From the NCBI RefSeq assembly GCF_039654945.1, contig NW_027361743.1:2852001-2916000 (forward strand): a stretch of DNA of 64,000 bases. Direction: 5' to 3'. The position numbers were made by a program, and so were the translations under genes. How positions within the stretch are numbered: position 1 is the stretch's first letter; the number at the start of each line of letters is the position of its first letter. The notes under the pieces are model-generated. The model saw only the letters and a program-made list of their open reading frames with translations, was not told the origin of the DNA and did not search any database. The stretch is from Dendrobates tinctorius (taxonomy: Eukaryota). Of the stretch, positions 37,887 through 50,600 are shown piece after piece.

Positions 37887-39200
37887 GCCCAGTATGGATT
37901 ACACGTGATTGCACAAAGGTGAGAAAGGGTACCGTATCCCCAGATAACATGTATAGATAGCGTACACATTCAAAATATATGTCTATACATCAGGAGGCAG
38001 GCTCAGATGGTGTTAGGCCCAGTATGGATTGCACGTGATTGCACAAAGGTTAGAAAGGGTACCGTTTCCCCGGATAACATGTATGGATAGCGTACACATT
38101 CAAAATATATGTCTATACATCAGGAGGCAGGCTCAGACGGTGTTAGGCCCAGTATGGATTGCACGTGATTGCACAAAGGTTAGAAAGGGTACCGTTTCCC
38201 CGGATAACATGTATGGATAGCGTACACATTCAAAATATATGTCTATACATCAGGAGGCAGGCTCAGATGGTGTTAGGCCCAGTATGGATTGCACGTGATT
38301 GCACAAAGGTTAGAAAGGGTGCCGTATCCCCAGATAACATGTATGGATAGCGTACACATTCAAAATATATGTCTATACATCAGGAGGCAGGCTCAGACGG
38401 TGTTAGGCCCAGTATGGATTGCACGTGATTGCACAAAGGTTAGAAAGGGTACCGTTTCCCTGGATAACATGTATGGATAGCGTACACATTCAAAATATAT
38501 GTCTATACATCAGGAGGCAGGCTCAGACGGTGTTAGGCCCAGTATGGATTGCACGTCATTGCACAAAGGTTAGAAAGGGTACCGTTTCCCCGGATAACAT
38601 GTATGGATAGCGTACACATTCAAAATATATGTCTATTCATCAGGAGGCAGGCTCAGACGGTGTTAGGCCCAGTATGGATTGCACGTGATTGCACAAAGGT
38701 TAGAAAGGGTACCGTATCCCCAGATGACATGTATGGATAGCGTACACATTCAAAATATATGTCTATACATCAGGAGGCAGGCTCAGATGGTGTTAAGCCC
38801 AGTATGGATTGCATGTGATTGCACAAAGGTTAGAAAGGGTACCGTTTCCCCGGATAACATGTATGGATAGCGTACACATTCAAAATATATGTCTATACAT
38901 CAGGAGGCAGGCTCAGACGGTGTTAGGCCCAGTATGGATTGCACGTGATTGCACAAAGGTTAGAAAGGGTACCATTTCCCCGGATAACATGTATGGATAG
39001 CGTACACGTTCAAAATATATGTCTATACATCAGGAGGCAGGCTCAGACGGTGTTAGGCCCAGTATGGATTGCACGTGATTGCACAAAGGTTAGAAAGGGT
39101 ACCGTATCCCCGGATAACATGTATGGATAGCGTACACATTCAAAATATATGTCTATACATCAGGAGGCAGGCTCTGACGGTGTCAGGCACAGTATGGATT
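37887..39200. repeat. 130-bp tandem array A, 10 near-identical copies
   Basis: ORF track repeats every 130 bp; unit starts GCCCAGTATGGATTGCACGTGATTGCACAAAGG. Confidence 0.97.
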
Positions 39201-39619
39201 TGACGGCCCAGACTACACAGCGGAGGAGCAGGGAGAAGTAAAGATTGCAAATGCTGGGGCCCTGCCCAAGCAAGGGGGGCCCACTCGTGGGCGTCGGTAC
39301 TGGCACTGGGCCCCTCATAGTACGGTGGTGTGTCTGACGGCGGGTGTGCACCACCACCGTCAGAGACACTTGATTGCTCTATGAAGGACCCTGTGCCAGT
39401 GCCCGTGCCCAAGAGTTGGCCTACCCACCTGTCCAGGGCAACGGCGCTCGCACGGTGTCGTGCGCTAGGTGGTGACCCCGGCCATGGGGGGGGAGGCAGC
39501 ACAGTTAGGGAGTTTTAGAAAGTGGCATATGTTGATGTTGGACATTCAGCTGATGCAAAAGGTGAAATAGGTCAAGTCCCAGGAAGAGGTGGACCAAAGC
39601 AAGCCAGTTTTCTGTCACC

Positions 39620-42600
39620 CTATGTGTCATCAGGGGAAGGTGGGACAAAATCCTTGGAAACCCATGCGTGGTTCATTTTAATGAAGGTTAGATCATCCAC
39701 ATTTTGGGTTGACAGACGGGTCCTTTTTTCTGTCAGGATTGATCCAGCTGCACTGAAGACTCTTTCCGATAGCACACTTGCAGCTGGGCAAGCGAGCTCC
39801 TGTAAGGCATATTGTGCCAATTCAGGCCAGGTGTCCAGTTTAGCGGCCCAATAGTCAAAGGGGAATGACCTGTGTGGGAGAACATCGATATGGGAGGAAA
39901 AGTAGTTTGTAACCATAGTTGACAACTGCTGTCTCCTGTCACTTTCCATCGATGCAGTATTACCAGTTGTGTGAGCGGTACTTGAAAAATCAGTCCACAA
40001 CATTGTCATGAAATCCCTGTCTCCAACGCCACTTCTGCTGTATGCACCACGAACACCTCTGCCAAGCTGCCCCCGGCCCGTATGGCTCGTGTGAGAACCA
40101 TCACCGCTGCTGTGTGCTGGGAATGCCTCAAGCAACCGATTTACCAGAGTTGCTTGTTTATTAGCCAATATTAGGTCAAGGTTCTCCTGTGGCATGATGT
40201 TTTGTAATTTGCCTTTACAGCGTGGATCCAGGATGCTGGCCAACCAGTAGTCGTCATCGTTCATCATTTTGGCAATGCGGGGGTCCCTTTTTAGGATCTG
40301 CAAGGCATAATCTGACATGTGGGCCAATGTTCCCGGTGTCAATGATGCACTGCAAGTGCTGGTTGGAGGAGCACTTTCTGGCAAATCCACATCCCTCCAG
40401 TCACGCACAAACCCTGTACCAGACCTTGCCACGCCAACATTTTCACTTGCCCCATGAGATGCATCCTCCTCCCCTAAGTAATCATCCCCATCATCCTCCT
40501 CCTCCTCTTCTTCCTCCACCTCGTCCAGGAGAGGTCCCTGAGCAGACAATGGCTGAATGTCATCAAGGATTCCCTCCTCTTCCTCCTCATCAACATTGGC
40601 TGCAGAAGCCTGCTCCTTAAGGTGCGTCAAAGTTTGCATGAGCAGACGCATAAGTGGGATGCTCATGCTTAGGATGGCGTCGTCTGCACTTACCAGCCGT
40701 GTGCATTCCTCAAAACACTGAAGGACTTTACAGAGGTCTTTCAGCTTCGACCACTGCACACCGGTCAACTCCATGTCTGCTCTCAAAGTGCCTGGCCGTG
40801 TATCCTCCCACAAATGCATTATGGCCTGCCTCTGCTCGCACAGCCGCTCCACCATGTGCAGGGTGGAGTTCCACCTTGTTGCAATGTCGATAATGAGGCG
40901 GTGGTTGGGAAGGTGGAGCAATCGCTGCAGCTTCTGCATACGAACGGAGTGTACATGCGACCAGCGGATGTGCGCGCACAGTCTTCGCACCTTCTGGAGC
41001 AGGGCTGTTAACTCCGGATAATTTTTGAGGAAGCACTGCACCACCAGGTTCAAGGTGTGAGCCAAGCAAGGTATGTGGCTGAGTTTTGAAAGGGCTATGG
41101 CTGCCACAAAATTACGCCCGTTATCACTAACTACCTTGCCTGTCTCAAGATGTACACTGCCCAGCCATGACTCAGTTTGTCGCTGAAAGTACTCGGCCAG
41201 CACCTCGGCGGTGTGTCTGTCGCCCAAAAACATCATCTGCAACACTGCCTGCTGACGCTTTCCACTAGCTGCTCGATAGGGGGACACCTCGTGTGCAACA
41301 GTGGCAGCTGCAGATGGAGTGCTCGTACGACTGCGCTCTGTGGATGAGCTTTCGCTTCTGGAGGAGGAGGAGAAGGGTCAAACGCCTACAGCCAACTGTT
41401 TCCTATACCGTGGACTAGGCAGCACTGTCCCACCACCGCTGTCCCCTGTGGACCCTGCATCCACCACATTAACCCAGTGCACAGTGATGGACACGTAACG
41501 GCCCTGGCCATGCCGACTGGACCATGCATCAGTTGTGAGGTGCACCTTTCCGCTCACTGACTGCTTGAGTGCATGGACAATGCGGTCTTTCACATGATGG
41601 TGGAGGGCTGGGATGGCTTTGCGAGAGAAGAAGTGGCGACTGGGTAGGTCATAGCGTGGTACTGCATAGGCCATGAGTTCGCGGAAAGCTGCGCTTTCCA
41701 CCAACCGAAAGGGCATAATCTCAAACGAGATTAGTTTGGCAATGTGGGCGTTCAAACCCAGTGTACGTGGATGAGAGACTGAGTACTTTCTTGACCTACT
41801 CATAGTGTCTGGGAGGGTGAGCTGGACTTGAGAGATGCATATGGTGGAAGTAGCGGTGGACAGGGCGGACTGAGAGAGGGTTGATGATGGTGATGGAGTT
41901 GGTGTTCTTTCTGATGGCCTAGAATCAGTCTTTCGTTGATATAACAGTGGGATTCCCTGACTGCTGTGGCCTTGCAACGACACCTCAACATTTGCTGCTG
42001 TGCTAACCGGTGGGCTTACAGTGGGGGAAACAATGTAGCGTTGCTGACTACCTTCGTTGTGATCAGTTGCACATGTGGCACTTGAGGTTTGGTGTTGTGT
42101 CCACGCTTGCAAGTGCATGCTGGTTAAATGTCTAAGCATGCAACTGGTATTCAAATTTTTAAGATTTTTCCCTCGGCTAAAGGTCTTTGCGCACTTCTTA
42201 CAGATAACCTTGGCCTGATCATGAGGATTTTGTTCAAAAAAGTGCCACACTGCACTCTTCCTACTTTGGCAGACATTTTGCGGCCTAGCACACTGTGATC
42301 TTTTGACCCTCTGGACAAGCTGTCCAGCAACTCTTTTGATGTTTGGAACCTGTCTTTGGAGTGCTCCGGGCCTGCCAGATAACAGCTGTTGCGATGTCGA
42401 TGTCTGCTGTGGATGCTCCTCATCTGAGCTATTGGAAGCAGCACCCTCTTCCCCCAATGGATGCCAATCTGGGTCAACAACTGGGTCATCCATCACCTCC
42501 TCTTCTATGTCATGTGCACCTTCCTCTGTGTCACCGTGTATGGTGGTATAGTGTGCGGGAAGGGGCACCTGAGTCTCATCAGGGTCAGAATCTGGCTCTG

Positions 42601-43150
42601 TACACTGCGAGGACAATGTAGTGCTCTGAGTGAATGTACCAGCAGAATCATCCATCAGCGGCTGTGCATCAGTGCACTCCATGTCAGATTCATCTTGGCC
42701 TGGGTAATTCACCATTTCACTTGATAATCCAGGCATGGTATGTGAAAACAGCTCCATGGAGTAATCAGTAGTATGGCCTGCGTCATCCTTCAATCTTGGT
42801 TGGGGTGAAGGACACAAGGAAAGGTGTGGTTCATGAACATGAGCCTCCAATGACGACTCAGTGCTTTTACTTTTTACAACTGACGAAGAGGAGGCGATAG
42901 AGCTGGAGGCTGAGTCAGCAATGTAAGACAAAACTTTTTCCTGATGCTCTGGCTTTAAAAGCGGTTTGCCAACTCCTAGAAAACTAAGCGTTCGAGGCCT
43001 TATGTAGCCAGACGATGACGCAGGCTCAACACCTCCTGCATTCGGTCCTATTTTGCTCTTGCCACTATCATCAGATCCACCACCCACACCATCATTACCA
43101 GCTGCCAACCCCCGCCCAATTCCACGGCCTCTTCCACCAGCCTTCCTCAT
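39620..43150 (-). CDS. hAT (Ac/ZBED-like) transposase, ~1176 aa, with one in-frame TGA at 41380-41378
   Basis: BED finger (SAVWHFF...CKKC...RHLTSMH); LTTDAWS, VSDNG, CLAH and TRWNS motifs; dimerisation motif CPAASVLSERVFSAAG. The two listed ORFs are in the same frame, 30 codons apart. Confidence 0.92.
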
Positions 43151-45516
43151 TTTTGGTAGAAATGTAGACAAAATCCAACAAACTATATAGTAATGTAAAA
43201 CAAGGTACAAGGTGTCTATAGGACAGGGGAGATTTTGAATTTCTGCAGACACTTGTGGACACTGGACACTTTTGGATTGTGTGAGGCCCACTGAATATCT
43301 GAGCGCTCTGTCACAGGCTCGATGGCACAGCTGTGACCAAAGTGACTAGAGGATAAGGGAGATTTTGAATTTCTGCACACACTTGTGGACACTGGACACT
43401 TTTGGATTGTGTGAGGCCCACTGAATATCTGAGCGCTCTGTCACAGGCTCGATGGCACAGCTGTGACCAAAGTGACTAGAGGATAAGGGAGATTTTGAAT
43501 TTCTGCACACACTTGTGGACACTGGACACTTTTGGATTGTGTGAGGCCCACTGAATATCTGAGCGCTCTGTCACAGGCTCGATGGCACAGCTGTGACCAA
43601 AGTGACTAGAGGATAAGGGAGATTTTGAATTTCTGCACACACTTGTGGACACTGGACACTTTTGGATTGTGTGAGGCCCACTGAATATCTGAGCGCTCTG
43701 TCACAGGCTCGATGGCACAGCTGTGACCAAAGTGACTAGAGGATAAGGGAGATTTTGAATTTCTGCACACACTTGTGGACACTGGACACTTTTGGATTGT
43801 GTGAGGTCCACTGATATCTGAGCGCTATGTGACAGGCTCGATGGCACAGCTGTGACCAAAGTGACTAGAGGATAATTGAGATTTTGAATTTCAGCAGACA
43901 CTTGTGGACACTGGACACTTTTGGATTGTGTGAGGCCCAATGAATATCTGAGCGCTATGTGACAGGCTCGATGGCACAGCTGTGACAAAAGTGACGAGAG
44001 GATAAGGGAGATTTTGAATTTCTGCAGACACTTGTGGACACTGGACACTTTTGGATTGTGTGAGGCCCACTGATATCTGAGCGCTATGTCACAGGCTCGA
44101 TGGCACAGCTGTGACAAAAGTGACTAGATGATAAGTGAGATTTTGAATTTCAGCAGACACTTGTGGACACTGGACACTTTTGGATTGTGTGAGGCCCAAT
44201 GAATATCTGAGCGCTATGTGACAGGCTCGATGGCACAGCTGTGACAAAAGTGACGAGAGGATTAAGGAGATTTTGAATTTCTGCAGACACTTGTGGACAC
44301 TGGACACTTTTGGATTGTGTGAGGCCCACTGATATCTGAGCGCTATGTGACAGGCTCGATGGCACAGCTGTGACCAAAGTGACTAGAGGATAAGGGAGAT
44401 TTTGAATTACAGCAGACACTTGTGGACACTGGACACTTTTGGATTGTGTGAGGCCCACTGATATCTGAGCGCTATGTCACAGGCTCGATAGCGCAGCTGT
44501 GACAAAAGTGACTAGAGGATAAGGGAGATTTTGAATTTCAGCAGACACTTGTGGATACTGGACACTTTTGGATTGTGTGAGGCCCACTGATATCTGAGCG
44601 CTATGTCACAGGCTCGATGGCACAGCTGTGACAAAAGTGACGAGAGGATAAGGGAGATTTTGAATTTCTGCAGACACTTGTGGACACTGGACACTTTTGG
44701 ATTGTGTAAGGCCCAATGAATATCTGAGCGCTATGTGACAGGCCCGATGGCACAGTTGTGACAAAAGTGACGAGAGGATAAGGGAGATTTTGAATTTCTG
44801 CAGACACTTGCAAGGAAGTGCATTGAGCAGCAAGGTGGTGTGCTGGTAAAAGGGGAAAAAAAAACAAAAAAAAACTCTTAAATCTTCTTCCTGAGCGAGT
44901 GTGAACGAGCTGAGTGTGACCTGAGCGTAAGTGTGTGACTTGAAATTCAGTGAAGAGGTATTTGGAAAACCTATAATAAATACCTGTGTGAGTTGCTGAA
45001 TTGTAAGTTGCTGAGTGCTTTCTACCTGTTCAATTTTTGTGGGGCTTTGGGGGCTTGTTTAACCTATATTTTCTCTCTTCAGGGTTAATCTCTTATTTTA
45101 CTATCTGTGTTTTTAAGGGTAAACTATATTGCATTTAAATCTTGAGGTGTAACTATATTCACAAGGGGTTAATTAAGGGTGGGAGTTCATACAGTAATTA
45201 AGGGTTTATAAGGGGCAGCTGGTTGGGGCTCAACTCCTTTTGGAAGTGCATTGAGCAGCAAGGTGGTGTGCTGGTAAAAGGGGAAAAAAACAAAACTCTT
45301 TTAAATCTTCTTCCTGAGCGAGTGTGAACGACCTGCTGAGTGTGACCTGAGCGTAAGTGCGAACTGTGTTAAGTGTGTGACTTGAAATTCAGTGACTTTA
45401 GATTCAGGGCGTTTCCAAGGGAGGTCTTACTGAATTGCTGTTATATTAATACTTTTTTTTTTTTTTTTTTTAATTTATTTTTGCTTATCTTATTGTCTGG
45501 TGCAATCCCCATTAGG

Positions 45517-46501
45517 ATGTGCTCCACTATTGCCAATGCCATCCAGTGCACGTCTTGCCGCATGTATGAAATCCTTGAACAGCCGGTCGAGGGTGCATAC
45601 TGCTGTGCAAGATGTGAGCACGTTGTGCATTTGGAAGCCCAGATACTGAATCTAAATGTGCAGCTGGCAACACTGAGATCCATAGACAATATGGAAAGGA
45701 GTCTTCTGCTCACTGAGCAGACGCTCAATGGGATAGATGAGGGGGGGGGATGCTAGGTTGGAGCTGCAGGACAATGAAGCAGCTAGCTGGGTGACAGTTA
45801 GAAGGTGGGGTAGAGGGAAGAGCACCAGGGAGGCTAGTCCTGATCTGGCACACCCCAATAAGTTTGCTAAGTTGGCGGATGAGGGGAGTGTTAGTGCAGG
45901 AGTAGCACTGCTGCAGCAAGGCATGTCCTCTGAAAGCCGGAGGAGTGTCTGCTCCAGTAAGGGGGGAAATAGGAGAGCAGGGCAGGCCAGACAGTTTCTG
46001 GTAGTGGGAGACTCAATTATTAGGGGAACAGATAGGGCAATCTGTCACAAAGACAGGGATCGTCGAACGGTGTGCTGCCTACCTGGCGCTCGAGTCTGAC
46101 ACATCGCTGATCGGGTTGACAGATTACTGGGAGGGGCTGGAGAGGATCCAGTGGTCATGGTGCATATTGGCACAAATGACAAAGTTAGAGGTAGGTGGAA
46201 GGTCCTTAAAGATGATTTCAGGGAATTAGGCTGTAAGCTTAAAGCAAGGACCTCCAAGGTGGTATTTTCGGAAATACTTCCTGTACCACGTGCCACGCCA
46301 GAGAGGCAACGGGAGATTAGGGAGGTTAATAAGTGGCTCAGGAATTGGTGTAGGAAGGAGGGGTTTGGGTTCCTGCAGAACTGGGCCGACTTCTCAGTTG
46401 GCTACAGGTTCTACGCTAGGGACGGGCTGCACCTCAATGGGGAGGGTGCAGCTGTGCTGGGGGAGAAAATGGCTAGAAGGTTGGAGGAGTGTTTAAACTA
46501 G
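45517..46501 (+). pseudogene. CR1 ORF1: zinc finger/leucine zipper plus SGNH esterase; one frameshift (G-run ~45745) and one TGA (46097)
   Basis: CTSC...CARC; LVVGDSII, HIGTND and DGLHLN motifs. Confidence 0.88.
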
Positions 46502-46592
46502 GGACGGGGGGGAGGGTATTCCTTTTATAGGAGGGGAAGACAGTGCAGATAGAGACCTGGGCACAAATAATGACATTGGGGGTGGGGGTGGC

Positions 46593-49445
46593 ATGGGGGG
46601 TGGGGTTAGAACAGTTAATAATTTAAGAAAGAATAGAGGTACAGAGAGATACATAAAGTGCATGTATACTAATGCCAGAAGTCTCGCCAACAAAATGGAG
46701 GAATTGGAGTTAATGTTGTTGGAACATAATTATGACATGGTGGGGATATCTGAGACATGGCTGGATGAGAGCCATGACTGGGCTGTTAATTTACAGGGCT
46801 ATAGTCTGTTCAGAAATGACCGTACAAATAAGCGAGGGGGAGGCGTGTGTTTATATGTAAAATCATCCTTAAAACCCATCCTTCGTGATAATACAGTATA
46901 TATGAATCTAATGAAAATGTAGAGTCCCTGTGGGTAGAGATAAGGGGAGGGGGGAAAAATAATAAATTACTGATAGGGGTTTGTTATAAATCTCCAAAAA
47001 TAATGGAAGCAACAGAGAATATCCTCATAAAGCAAATAGATGAAGCAGCGACTAAAGGAGAAGTCATTATTATGGGGGACTTCAACTACCCTGAAATACA
47101 TTGGGGAACCGAAACCTGCAGTTCCAGCAAAGGTGACAGGTTTCTGACAACGTTGAGAGACAATTACCTTTCACAACTGGTTCAGGACCCAACAAGAGGG
47201 GGGGCACTGCTAGACCTAATATTAACCAACAGGCCAGACCGCATATCAAATGTAAGGGTTGAGGGTCACTTGGGTAATAGTGATCACAAATTAATAAGTT
47301 TTCATGTATCCTTTAATAAGATGTGTAGTAGAGGGGTTACAAGGACACTAAACTTCAGGAAGGCAAATTTCCATTGGATGAGAGATGATCTTGGTGCAAT
47401 TAACTGGGACGATATCCTGAGACATAAAAATACACAAAGAAAATGGGAGGCGTTTATTAGCATCCTGAATAGGACCTGTGCACAATATATACCGTATGGG
47501 AATAAACATGTGAGAAATAGGAGGAAACCACTATGGCTAAATAGAGCTGTAAGGGGCGCAATAAGAGATAAAAATAAAGCATTTAGAGAATTAAAGCAAG
47601 TAGGTAGTGATGAGGCATTAACTAAATACAGAAGATTAAATAAATTCTGTAAAAAGCAAATCAAGACAGCAAAGATTGAGACAGAGAGACTCATTGCCAG
47701 AGAAAGTAAAAATAATCCCAAAATATTCTTTAACTACATAAATAGTAAGAAACTAAAAAATGATAGTGTTGGTCCCCTTAAAAATAGTCTGGGTGAAATG
47801 GTGGATGAGGAGGAGGAAAAAGCCAATATGCTAAATGACTTTTTTTCAACAGTATTTACACAAGAAAATCCCATGACAGATAACATGATCAGGGATAAAA
47901 ATTCTCCATTAAATGTCACCTGCTTAACCGAGCAGGAAGTACGGCGGCGTCTACAAATCACTAAAATTGACAAATCCCCGGGCCCGGATGGGATACACCC
48001 ACGAGTACTGCAGGAATTAAGCACAGTCATAGATAGACCACTATTTTTAATCTTTAAAGATTCCATAATAACAGGGTCTGTACCACAGGACTGGCGTATA
48101 GCAAATGTGGTGCCAATATTCAAAAAGGGGACAAAAACTGAACTTGGAAATTATAGGCCAGTAAGTTTAACCTCAACTGTGGGTAAAATCCTGGAGGGTT
48201 TTCTAAGAGATACTATACTGGAGTATCTGGAGAAGAATAACCTTATGACCCAATATCAACATGGGTTTACAAGAGACCGTTTGTGTCAGACTAATCTGAT
48301 AAGCTTTTATGAAGAGGCAAGTTCCGGACTGGACCAAGGGAATGCAGTGGACGTGGTGTACATGGACTTTTCAAAAGCTTTTGATACGGTGCCACACAAG
48401 AGGTTGATACATAAAATGAGAACAATGGGGATAGGGGAAAATATGTGTAGGTGGGTTAAGAGCTGGCTCAGGGATAGGAAACAAAGGGTGGTTATTAATG
48501 GAGCACACTCGGACTGGGTCACGGTTAGCAGTGGGGTACCACAGGGGTCAGTTTTGGGCCCGCTTCTTTTTAACATATTTATTAATGACCTTGTAGGGGG
48601 CATAGAGAGTAGAATTTCAATATTTGCAGATGACACTAAACTCTGCAGGGTAATTAATACAGAGGAGGACAATTTTATATTACAGGAGGATTTATGTAAA
48701 CTAGAAGCTTGGGCTGATAAATGGCAAATGAGCTTTAATGGGGATAAATGTAAGGTCATGCACTTGGGTAGAACGAACAAGTTGTATAATTATGTGCTTA
48801 ATTGTAAAACACTGGGCAAAACAGTCACTGAAAAAGACCTGGGTGTATGGGTGGACGACAAACTCACATTTAGTGGCCAGAGTCAAGTAGCTGCTGCAAA
48901 GGCAAATAAAATAATGGGATGCATTAAAAGAGGCATAGATGCTCATGAGGAGAACATAATTTTACCTCTATATAAGTCACTAGTGCGACCACACTTAGAA
49001 TACTGTGTACAGTTCTGGTCTCCGGTGTATAAGAAAGACATAGCTGAACTGGAGCGGGTGCAGAGAAGAGCGACCAAAGGTTATTAGGGAACTAGGGGGT
49101 CTGCAATACCAAGACAGGTTATTACACTTGGGGTTATTTAGTTTGGAGAATCGAAGGCTTAGGGATGATCTTATTACAATGTATAAATATATGTGGGGAC
49201 AATACAAAGACCTTTCTAATGATCTTTTTACTCTTAGACCTGTGACGGGGACAAGGGGGCATCCTCTACGTCTGGAGGAAAGAAGGTTTAAGCATACTCA
49301 CAGACGCGGATTCTTTACTGTAAGAGCAGTGAGACTATGGAACTCTCTGCCATATGATGTTGTAATGAGTGATTCACTACAAAAATTTAAGAAGGGCCTG
49401 GATGCCTTTCTTGAAAAGTATAATATTACAGGGTATATACACTAG
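46593..49445 (+). pseudogene. CR1 ORF2: APE endonuclease plus reverse transcriptase; frameshifts at ~46895 and ~49078
   Basis: YTNARS, GISETW, MGDFN, GNSDH, PQGSVLGP, FADD and WNSLP motifs. Confidence 0.93.
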
Positions 49446-50600
49446 TCTCCTTAATATTGCGTTGATCCAGGGAGCTAGTCTGATTGCCGTATGTGGAGTC
49501 GGGAAGGAATTTTTTTCCCTAATGTGAAGCTTACTGTTGCCACATGGGGTTTTTTTGCCTTCCTCTGGATCAACATGTTAGGGCAAGTTAGGATAGGATA
49601 TTGGTTGAACTAGATGGTCTCAAAGTCTCCCTTCAACCTTAATAACTATGTTACTATGTTACTATGTTACTGGACACTTTTGGATTGTGTGAGGCCCACT
49701 GATATCTGAGCGCTATGTGACAGGCTCGATGGCACAGCTGTGACCAAAGTGACTAGAGGATAAGGGAGATTTTGAATTTCAGCAGACACTTGTGGACATT
49801 GGACACTTTTGGATTGTGTGAGGCCCACTGATATCTGAGCGCTATGTCACAGGCTCGATGGCACAGCTGTGACAAAAGTGACTAGAGAATAAGGGAGATT
49901 TTGAATTTCAGCAGACACTTGTGGACACTGGACACTTTTGGATTGTGTGAGGCCCACTGATATCTGAGCGCTATGTCACAGGCTCGATGGCACAGCTGTG
50001 ACAAAAGTGACGAGAGGATAAGGGAGATTTTGAATTTCTGCAGACACTAGTGGACACTGGACACTTTTGGATTGTGTGAGGCCCACTGATATCTGAGCGC
50101 TATGTGACAGGCTCGATGGCACAGCTGTGACCAAAGTGACTAGAGGATAAGTGAGATTTTGAATTTTAGCAGACACTTGTGGACACTGGACACTTTTGGA
50201 TTGTGTGAGGCCCACTGATATCTGAGCGCTATGTCACAGGCTCGATGGCACAGCTGTGACAAAAGTGACTAGAGGATAAGGGAGATTTTGAATTTCAGCA
50301 GACACTTGTGGACACTGGACACTTTTGGATTGTGTGAGGCCCACTAATATCTGAGCGCTATGTCACAGGCTCGATGGCACAGCTGTGACAAAAGTGACTA
50401 GAGGATAAGGGAGATTTTGAATTTCAGCAGACACTTGTGGACACTGGACACTTTTGGATTGTGTGAGGCCCAATGAATATCTGAGGGCTATGTGACAGGC
50501 TCGATGGCACAGCTGTGACCAAAGTGACTAGAGGATAAGTGAGATTTTGAATTTCAGCAGACACTTGTGGACACTGGACACTTTTGGATTGTGTGAGGCC

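Larger units (their letters stand above)
44811..49670 (+). mobile_element. Near full-length CR1 LINE
   Basis: 5' UTR with a ~140-bp direct repeat (44814 and 45242), ORF1, ORF2, and a (GTTACTAT)n tail. Confidence 0.95.

Noticed and set aside
38029-39130. Series of 63-aa ORFs as a tandem peptide gene family
   Set aside because: By-product of the 130-bp period; non-ATG starts and overlapping frames.
39620-43291. Domesticated ZBED host gene
   Set aside because: It lies between intact TIRs with a TSD and has a nonsense codon; the ORF extension 43151-43291 runs into array B.
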